Source of the DNA: the human T2T-CHM13v2.0 reference genome, Homo sapiens
Length of the DNA: 64,000 nt
Assembly: GCF_009914755.1 (NCBI RefSeq)
Contig: NC_060940.1
Strand: one strand, 5' to 3'
Positions 47,521-64,000 of the stretch are shown one piece after another. The notes under the pieces are model-generated. The model was not told the origin of the DNA and ran no database searches. It was given only the letters and a program-made list of their open reading frames with translations. Each line of letters begins with the position of its first letter. The first letter of the stretch is position 1. The translations under genes were made by a program, and so were the position numbers.

Positions 47521-48424
47521 AATGAGTGATGTGTTCACTTTTATTTATTTTTCTGGAAGCGAGGCGGGAAAAGAAAATGAATTTTAGGGCTTAGAAAAAC
47601 AAGCTACTAATAGTACTAAGTAGAGCTGGGGCGGTGGTGCAGACAGCTTAGCTCTAGCAGGGATGTAGCCGGCATGGCACGGGTGAGTCCTGGCCCTGCT
47701 CCTGGCTGAAAACTTAAGAGTTTAGAACTGGAGCACCTGGCAGGGCAAAGGCAGGATGGGGTGAGGGAAAGTTGTGGGGTTGAGTGTGGACCCCCCCAAC
47801 CCCCTACAAATGCACACACAAGCTAGGCGCTCAATAGCTTTCTTACAGCCCAGGTAGGCAAATCCTCTTCCAATATACCTTTGAAAATAATGCCTGATCT
47901 TTCTCCAGCAGCATTCTTTTTGGAAACACAGGCATAGTTTAGGTATTTTTCTCCCTGGAAGGTTCTTTCCTGGAAGTTCACCCAATTAATTCCTACTCAC
48001 ACATTTTAGAGATCTGAACAGTAAGAAGCCTTCTCTAAGAACCCCTACCCTGACTCCAGTCCAGGGGCTGGTCCTGTAAACCTTCTCTTCATAACAGCCA
48101 TGTGACTGTAATTAATGCAATAACTGCATAGTTGATTGTTTAACATGGTTGTCTGTCCCCTCCCTTAGATTAAAAATGTGTTTGTCTTATTCCTGACTTT
48201 GTAAGTACTAGGTACAAAGTAGCTGCCCAATACATGCCTGTGTTGGATGAGTGCTGACGGGTCACGGTGGGCGCCAAAGTGGATGGTACCTTATGCTACT
48301 TCGGTGGGGCTCAGGTGTAGCAGCAACAAACACATGTAGAACCAGATCACGGTGGGTCCACACCAACAAGGACCAAGGACCAAGCTCCTCCCTAACAATT
48401 TCTGCTCCTTCCTCCTGTGAAGTG

Positions 48425-48953
48425 TTTTTTGTCGTTGTTGTTGCTGTTGTTATTTTTTGATGGAGTCTTGCTTTTTTGCCCAGGCTGGAGTGCAGAGGTA
48501 CGAACTTGACTCACTGCAGCCTCCACCTTCTGGGTTCAAGTGATTCTCCTGCTTCAGCCTCCTGAGTAGCTGGGACTGCAGATGTACACCGTCATGTCCG
48601 GCTAATTTTTGTATTTTTATAGAGATAGGGTTTTCCTCATGTTAGCCAGGCTAGTCTCAAACTCCTGACCTCAGGTGATCTGCCCACCTCAGCCTCCTAA
48701 AGCGTTGGGATTACAGGCATGAGCCACTGTGCGCAGCTCCTTCTGTGAAGTCTTCATAGATAAACCATGGGAGAGTTAAAAATCCTGAAAACCAGCTTCT
48801 GAAATGCTTATCTTTTTTTACTTTTTATTTTAAATAGAGACAAGGGTCTTGCTGTGTTGCCTAGGCTGGTCTCAAACTCCTGAGCTCAAGTGATCCTCCC
48901 ACTTTGGCCTCCCAAAGTGCTGGGACTACAGGCATGAGCCACTGCGCCTGGCT
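48425..48953 (-). mobile_element. Alu dimer plus Alu monomer
   Basis: Reverse orientation, ~48425-48738 and ~48813-48953. Confidence 0.92.
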
Positions 48954-50123
48954 CTGGGATGCTTCTCTTAATATTATACTGGATGAAAAGAAAATAAAAG
49001 ACATCCCACACCCATCTTGCCTCTCCCTGTCCCCAGTCTGGCATAAGAATCCCACACTGCCAGCCCCCATCTTAGCTACTGCTGAAGTAATGGGCACTGC
49101 TACTAGATGGCAAAGTTCTAGCTGGGCTAATTAAGCAGACTGAGCTAATAACCTTCCATTTTGGGACTGGTGTTATTCATAATTTAATGTATTGCTGCTG
49201 AAACATTAACCTTTCGACAACTGGCATGTTGCCCACAGCGGCCCAAGTGCTGACCATCTTTCAGTAAAATGAGTATTATTGTTAAAACAGGTATAAATCA
49301 TTCATGGCTGCAGCTTTTGTGTCAGACCTTACGTGAAAGTACGCAGTAAGCTGGGTAATTTATTTACTTTTTGGTGATTATTTTTTATGATTTTATCATC
49401 ATATTCAATGATTCATAAACATTGGCCTGATGCCATTTGGTAATCATTTTACATTTTAAATATTGTGTGGCTGTTCTGCTTTTCATCTTTAAAAACTTCA
49501 GGATTGATACCGGGCAACTTAATTCAGACACAAATGCAATTTCATTTGAAAGAAGGCGGTGGGTGGAGGGGGAAAAGAATCCCGGCCCCTTCTTTTTAAT
49601 AAACCATTTTCAACAGAGCTGTTAGGAGCTTCCACTTGTTACAACATTGCACTTACTGTAGCAAACTTTCTTTGAAGTTTAACACACAGAGGGTGCCTTG
49701 AAATCTGAATAAAAGCACAGGAAAACAGTTAACAAGCTTCTGGTTGGAAAGACGATGTGATTGAGCCAAGGGTGGAGAGGGGCCTGGAGATGCTGGCCCC
49801 GGGCCAAGAAGGTTGGAAGCCACTAGCCCTCCTCCCAGCACCTGGTTGGGGAATGTGATTACAGTCCCCCAGGGACCTGGAAACTCTTTACTGCCTGCCT
49901 GCCTGCCTGCTCCGGCTGCCTGCCCCGAATTGGGCTCCTATAACTGTTCCAGAAAGTAGCTTTTGCTCCTTATGACTCCCAGTGCTGGAGACCGGGTGGT
50001 GGCTGGGTCTTTCATGGTCTGGGAGCTCAGGGGATCTCCCTCCATCTCGTAGGCGCTCTTACAGCAGCCCTGCACATTTCCTAAACCAATGAAAACTCAG
50101 AGGTCTTCGTATGCAATAGCTGA

Positions 50124-51096
<973 letters not shown>

Positions 51097-51269
51097 TAGA
51101 AAGATTTCTTTCTGGACAGTTTGAATAGGGTTAGCTCTGAGACAGCTCTTACTGTCTTTTCTAACTTGTTTATGTAATTTCCCATGAATAGCTTTCATGA
51201 CTTTTCAACTGGATTATCTGGTTTTAGGTTTTACCTGGATTTATATATACATATGTCTCAAGTTATTTA

Positions 51270-52390
<1,121 letters not shown>

Positions 52391-53157
52391 GTATATCTAT
52401 GTTTTGACCATCACATTTTTTTTTTCATCTGATCTACCTTTATCTTGGATGCTCTGTTTGCTAGCTTGGCAGAGCCAGCGTGGGCACACGTGGCAAAGCC
52501 ATTTATGCCTGGGAATTCCTCTCTGACTGTCAACGCCGCCGCTTCAAAGGACTTCTTGCAGTCATCCTCTGGCATTGCCACGGCTGGTGCTGGTTGTGAA
52601 TTCTGCACCAGCAACCTCCACCCCCTACATTGGACTTGATAAAACAAGCTGCTTCTCAGGTATGCTAAAGAACAAATTAAGAAACAGAATCACCTGGGAT
52701 GAGTGAAATTCCCTTTCAATCATGTCAGCCGGAGCAGAGGTTGTCATGAAATTTGATGTTAGGGATTTATTTCCTAATATACAGTCTAAAAGGGAAAACA
52801 GTGTAAGAGCTGAAATGTGAATTGGACATGTCTATAGAGTGTGAATTGGATTCAAGACAAAATATTGTGAATGGTTAATAGGGTCAGTCTAAGTACACTT
52901 CCTGAAATAATCTCTTGGATATGCAAATATTCTGAGAGCTACACTGTCAAATAGCTATTGTATCCTCTTATCTATGTGTTCACAGAACGGCTACATGTTA
53001 TAACAAATGAAAAATGTGAATTTAAAAAATAATGCCACCCTAAAATAATACTTTACTTTGAATAGCAATTTTTGTTGTCGGAGTTTTTTATTTTTGTCAC
53101 ACCAGACAGTTAGGTTCTTACCACAGCTTTATTTGGAAACATTAAGAGATGAGCTCT

Positions 53158-53550
<393 letters not shown>

Positions 53551-54306
53551 TCAGAGTCATCTGGGTCATCGAGTCTACCATATGCATCAGCCATGCCTTG
53601 GATTATCTTGGAATACCTTGGAACTTCTCCTTCTGGCTACCTGGGGCCTTCTCAGTGGAATCCCTTTCCTGGGAACCTTGCATTGTCTTGAGGACTTGAG
53701 ATGCTATTTAAATGTTCACCATCTCACTATGGGTATCAGCCCATTACACATGAGGACAGGGTGGGGTTGGGGGCAAGGGGAATTCAGACGAAAGATACCT
53801 GTGGAGAAGCCATAGGTTTTACTGTTGACAATTCCGGGGCTCCACCATTGAGCCTCTCATTAAAAACATTAGGAAGTAGCCAAACATACTGGGTTTTGTT
53901 CCATTTCTTTTTCATTCCTTTTCCTAATTTCTGAGAGTTGAGCTAGTGAGCAGAGAAGGAATAGACAGTGCAGAGAAGACAGACAGCTGAGGGATGACCC
54001 TGACATACTCTAGAACAGCCCAAAGCCCATGGTAAGTATTCAAAAACACCTTGATCAGACGAACAAATAAACATCAGCCACTAGGACTCAAGAGCTGAGA
54101 CGATCTCACCAACGGGCATGCCTTTTTCTTTGATCTGGCCCAGGTTTGCTGGGTTTGATTAACTTTGCAACTCTTTGGCAGAATTTGGTTCTCAGAAATA
54201 TCAGGAAGTGGCAGAGTGCAAGAAAGCCCCTTCACCATACTTAAATGGAGACATCTCCCAGTTTTCTGATTTCCAGGTTAGAATTCAATTTCCAGGAATT
54301 CCCCTC

Positions 54307-55942
<1,636 letters not shown>

Positions 55943-56409
55943 TCTTCCATCCTCACGATTGCTCTTGCAGATGAAGAACTTGGAAATGTTCACCTGAGCT
56001 CACCTCGAGATGCCAAATGCTGCCACTTCCAGTATGGAAATCCAGGGTACACATTGCCCCTCTTTTCCGGCATCTGTCCACTTTGTGAAATACATATCTA
56101 TGCATATGCTTTTCTATTTCTTCCACTAGGCTTGAAGCTGCTGGAAGTGAATTTCTTTAGGTCACCTTTGCTTTTCTCTAGCATAGGACCTTGTATATGG
56201 TGCTTTGAAAAATATTTGTTGAATTGAACAGGTGAATTTCTTAATCGCAGGCCCACTGCTGACATGTAGCGATGTGTGTATAGATTTTTGACCTTCCAAA
56301 CACTTTCACAGTCATAAGCATAGCTAGCCTTTCTGTCCTTGGTATTGCTGACTGTCAATTTGTCTGCATTTGCTAATATGGAAATTTGAAAAAAACACAC
56401 AAAAAACCA

Positions 56410-56625
56410 CCATCTGGGTTTGAGGTGAGAACCCCAGCTCTATCGCTTATTGGACGATCTTTGATAAGTTCCTTACCTCTCTAAGCCTCAGTTTCATCTT
56501 CTGTAAAAGGGAAGTAATAATAGTACCTCTCTTACAGGTTGTTATAAAGGTCAAAAGAGAAAACAAACGTAAGTACTTAACGTGGTTCCTGGCCTAGGTC
56601 AGGCACTCAGTGAATGGTAGCCATT
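56410..56625 (+). mobile_element. MIR SINE
   Basis: ctgggtttga...aagttccttacctctctaagcctcagtttc...tctgtaaaa...taataatagtacct. Confidence 0.85.
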
Positions 56626-56652
56626 GGGTACTGGTGTTCCTACATTTACATC

Positions 56653-56954
56653 TTTGTTTGTTTGTTTTTTTGAGACAGAGTCTCACTCTGTTGCCCTAGC
56701 TGGAGTGTGGTGGTGCAATCTCAGCTCACTGCAACCTGCACCTCCCAGGTTGGATCGATTCTCCTGCCTCAGCCTCCTGAGTAGCTGGGATTACAGGCAC
56801 CTGCTACCAACCCTGGCTAATTTTTGTATTTTTGGTAGACATAGGGTTTCACCATGTTGGCCAAGCTGGTCTCGAACTCCTGACCGCAAGTGATCCACCC
56901 GCTTCCGCCTCCCAAATCGCTGAGATTACAGGCATGATTTCCTGCGCCCAGCCT
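56653..56954 (-). mobile_element. Alu
   Basis: Reverse dimer. Confidence 0.93.
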
Positions 56955-57458
56955 ATTATCTTTGAAAAGGTCTCTACTGGCTCCCATTTCTACTGGATAA
57001 GGCTTAAAATCCTGGGCCGTGAGTATCTCAGGTTCCCAGCCTTGTCTCCCCGCCTCACTCATGTACCCCAACCTTGGGTACCCCAAACCAGACTCTGCCT
57101 CTTCCTTCAACAAGTCCTGTGCGCTCACACCTCTAGGCCTGTCCTCCAGCAGTTCCCTCCTCCTGGAGGGTCTCTCCTCCCATTGGTGGCCCACAGAAAG
57201 ATGCTTGGCGAGAATTAATTACTTCCTTATCCTTATTTCCATAGCTCTCTGAACCTTCCTCTATTACAGCACTTTCACATTGCAGTACAGTTAATTTGTT
57301 TTTGTATCCAAACTCCTCTGTGAGTCCGTGAACTCCTCAGGGGTAGGAATCATAGCTCGTGCCTCCTTTTGGCCCACTCACAGTGCATGAGCATTCTACG
57401 GTCTGATGAATATTTTCTGTGTTTACTAAAATGCGGAGATTAAGCATTAAGTCACCCA

Positions 57459-57886
57459 ATGATTGTGGCAGTGGCCTCAATGCCTGTCCATCTGGAGACC
57501 TCCTATAACAGTCTGGTGGAGACTTTTATCCGTAGGCCTCTTTACAGAGACATTTTACATAGATCATCATCTTCCTAGATCTTCAGATAAAACTAGGCTT
57601 GTTCTGGCAGATACGGTGGGAAATAATGTAGTAAACCAAGGCAAGGAGTTTAGTGATTTGACCAAAGTTCCAAACTAACTGAAGGCACTCTGATTCCACT
57701 GGTCTATCTCCCAGTCTCACGGCTTTGCATGGAAGCTGTGTGATGGTGGCCTCCGAGGAAGAACTGGCCAAGTATCTTTGGGACAAAGTAAATTGACATG
57801 TTAGGTTATGAAATGCACCGATCTCCATCCAGACTGTTATGGGAGGTCTCCAGATGGACAGGCATTGAGGCCATAGCCACAATCAT
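57459..57886. repeat. Non-Alu inverted repeat: arms 57459-57522 and 57822-57886, 299-bp spacer
   Basis: Arms differ by 3 substitutions and 1 indel over 64-65 bp. Confidence 0.97.
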
Positions 57887-57897
57887 CCAGTAACTGA

Positions 57898-58378
<481 letters not shown>

Positions 58379-58776
58379 TAGCTGTACAAGCGTAATGGGA
58401 ACACACAGGGTCTCTAGAAAAGAACCTCTCAGGGCCTCGGTTGACTTCAGGTATAGGCCTGATCCTGTATCCTCTTCACCTGGCTAACTTTTAACATGTG
58501 GCTGAAAAGTGGCTACTTCAGAAGCCTTCCTTGGCCACTCCTTCAACCCCACCATTCTGTCCCCCATGTGCTCCTATAGCATTTTATGTTCGCTTCCATC
58601 ATCATATGGCTGAATGATCAAACCCAAGTCTGTCCCTCACTTGACTGTGAGATCCCTAAAGGCAGGGACCTGTCAAGTATGTTTGTCACTGGACCATTCT
58701 GAGAAGAAGAAGTGATGCAAGCATCCTGCGGAGGGAAGAGGACTACAAAACAGCAGGCCACTGCAGCCATCACTCA

Positions 58777-59500
<724 letters not shown>

Positions 59501-60763
59501 AATATTTTTGTTGTTAATTAAAACAAAACATTTCACTGCAATGGCTTTCCAAGTCAAAAATTCTTTTCATGGCCCTCATGATCATCATGATCGAGATTCC
59601 TTTAGATCCAGCTTTTCTTTCACCCCCGCATCTCTCCCACTCCCTATATGTACACGGACCCCCTCCCCCCGCCCCATCTCCTACCTCTGTGCTTAGGCTC
59701 ATGCAATACCTGCCGCCCGGAACGCCAGCCTCAGAGCCAGGGAATCCTCTCCGCCATGCAAAACACAGTTTCAATGTTTCTCGGAAGCCCTCCTAGACCC
59801 CTCCTCCCTATGACCTGTTAGGGGCTTCTCTTGGTTCCCTGAGCTTTGGCTACTGCCTGACTTTTCTCATGATATTCCAATGATTTCTGCCCATTTTGCT
59901 CAATTAGAGCGCAAGATCTAGGAGCAAGGATCTTGTCTTGTTCTTTTTTTTCCATGCCCACTGCTGGGTCCTAGGTGGCTGGATGAATTGTAAAATAAGA
60001 ATCTGTGGAATTTAACATTCTTTTATTATTTAGTGATGGTGAAGCTTTCTCAGCTCTGAGAAGACCTTAAATGCCCATGCTTTTTGCATGGTGTCAGTTT
60101 TTGGGTTCCAAGACTTTTGTTCTAGCAGGATGAGAACCCAGGATTACACAAGACGGAAGATGTACAAACTCTCCCTCTCTAAGGGTGAGTGCTCTTAAAA
60201 GGCTACAAAGGGCCAAGCAGTCAGATGGCTTCATGTTCTATCTGATATCATCCCTTTATTGTGCCCTTGGGCCTGGTCAAATCAGTCATCCCAGCTCATA
60301 TGACATTTGCAGCTAGTTTCATGCAAGATGCAAAATCTTGCACGGCAATAACTAGAGAGGCTGTTGTAATTCTGTGCAAGTTGGAAAAAGCTGGGGGCCA
60401 ATTTGGCCTGCATAGATGTGACTTTGTCTCCAAGTTCCCATCATTCATCATGGAAGCCCTGCCTTAGAAAGTTTAAGTAATCAAAACATTTGTCAACTAT
60501 CAATTGACAATAATGATGGTGCACCTGTCTAGAGTTAGTCTGTCCACTTCCAGGGGTGTCCTCGTGTGACAGTTATGCAACAGTGCACTTGGTCACCACA
60601 TGAGTAATGACAAATGGGTCCGGACACTGCTATCGTCTCAGACATTATTAAGTTTTGCTAATGGATGGGACTAACAGTCCATCTAACCGGTTAGCAGGTG
60701 AGTCACTTGTAATACCAAAAAAGCAAGCATTTAAGTATGTATTTTAAAAATCATTCCTCTCTA

Positions 60764-61088
<325 letters not shown>

Positions 61089-61465
61089 TTAGTTTTATAT
61101 ATTTCATATCAAACCTTATTGAAAAAAGGATATAAGGCAGCTTCAGAAACAAAAGGAGATCCATGTTAGAGGTGGGTGTTTAAATATAAGCCCTTTCTTC
61201 TCAACCGACAAATGTTGTCACATCTGCATATGACAAGATATCACTCTACTGGGGCATCTGCTTTCCCTGACTCACCCAACAAGGTTGAGAATTCCCTCCT
61301 CCACATGACTTCTGTGCCTGGAACAAACCTGTTCTGTAGCGTAGCTCCTATGGCATTTTGAGTCTTTATTCCCATGCTGTGAGCATCTTGAGGGCAGCAC
61401 CACGCGTATTTGGTTTGGAACCCCAAGCACCTAGCACAGGTTTTCAATCAAGAATGATGATAATG

Positions 61466-62420
<955 letters not shown>

Positions 62421-63309
62421 TGAAGTGACTCTGGCCTTCTCCACTGCGGTTCTAACAGGGTTAAAGTTGAGGTTTCTAATCACTCCCATGAGGTCTTATT
62501 ACCTGTTGATTAGGTCCTTTTGGGATCAGCATCAAACCGAAAACAATAATAAACACTCCCTTCATTGGAACTCAGTAATGACCCTGCCTGCCCTGCAGGC
62601 CTGGTGGCGATGGGGAGGGGCTCTGGCCGTTATGGGGCTGGAAACAGCAGCCCTTGTTGGGGGCGTTTGCCAGCGATTTGGTGGTGCAGCAAAGAGGTGC
62701 GGCTAACAAGCCGATAGGCACTGGTTGGGGATTTCTGGCTGGCTGGAGGCATCACTGTTGTTCCAGCACAAGGCTCTTCAGAGGGGACCCTCCACAGCCA
62801 GCCTGAGGACTTGAGAGATGGAGCTGGGTGGTCTTTCCGCAGGACTAGAGGAATTTCTAGAGAATGATCTGGTAACTGTTTCACGTGTATTTTTCCAGAC
62901 TTTTTCCTGTGCACATTCAAATGTGAGTGAGTGAATGAGGATGTGAACGCATGCGTGTGCATAGGTTTCGTGTCTTTATTACAAAAATGCAATCATAGGA
63001 AACATTTTGTTCTGTAAATTGCTTTTTTTTCACCCAACAGTCCATCTCAGACACCCTTCCATGTCATTCTGTTGAAGCGCTTCGTATTAATCCAGAATAT
63101 GAACAAAGCCAAATACATTTAACCAACATAAATGTGATTGAACATTTTGGCCATCTCCACCCGTTTCTTGGTATCACAAATAAAGCTGCAGTGCTTGCTC
63201 TGCCAGCGCATGCACTAAAATCAGCACGACACAGAAGGTTACGTGGCTCCTGCGCAGGATGGATACACAAACTCGTGAAGCATTCCGTATTTTTTTTGTT
63301 TAAAAATTT

Positions 63310-63940
<631 letters not shown>

Positions 63941-64000
63941 GAAGAGTTTCATTTGTTTTACTTTTAAATCCTAAAAATCCTTATACATTTTCTCATGTAC

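Noticed and set aside
57463-57882. Two near-identical ORF starts (MWxWPQCLSIWRPPITVW) on opposite strands as paralogous genes
   Set aside because: A by-product of the inverted repeat; both start at TTG and diverge outside the arms.
60322-60342. 8-bp hairpin TGCAAGAT-gcaaa-ATCTTGCA
   Set aside because: Too short to be unexpected in 64 kb; no supporting context.

Overview
Primate (almost certainly human) genomic DNA with no conventional protein-coding exon. The architecture matches the 5' non-coding end of ZFHX3 (ATBF1, 16q22), transcribed on the minus strand. There are two CpG-island leader exons whose splice donors lie 10,770 bp apart (exon ends at 1534 and 12304). A 483-nt GCC-repeat-rich exon (12304-12786) has a canonical acceptor, and a further 364-nt upstream exon (46964-47327) probably overlaps the antisense lncRNA HCCAT5. 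The gene names rest on my recollection of the locus geometry, not on a database search. The first ~21.7 kb shows no recognisable transposon and is rich in CpG islands, microsatellites and non-B-DNA tracts. From 25.9 kb onward the DNA is Alu-dense (about 46 Alu segments by eye) with L1, MIR, MER and MLT fragments. Most notable: (1) both leader exons carry Kozak-context upstream AUGs, one a perfect GCCGCCACCATG ORF that runs through the splice donor, the other a 57-aa poly-Gly/poly-Ala uORF joined by a TGATG stop-start overlap to an Arg-rich ORF; (2) a non-Alu 64-bp inverted repeat at 57.5-57.9 kb; (3) inverted Alu clusters bracketing the 364-nt exon. The long ORFs in the supplied track are GC-rich or Alu artefacts. 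Repeat coordinates are approximate (read by eye).
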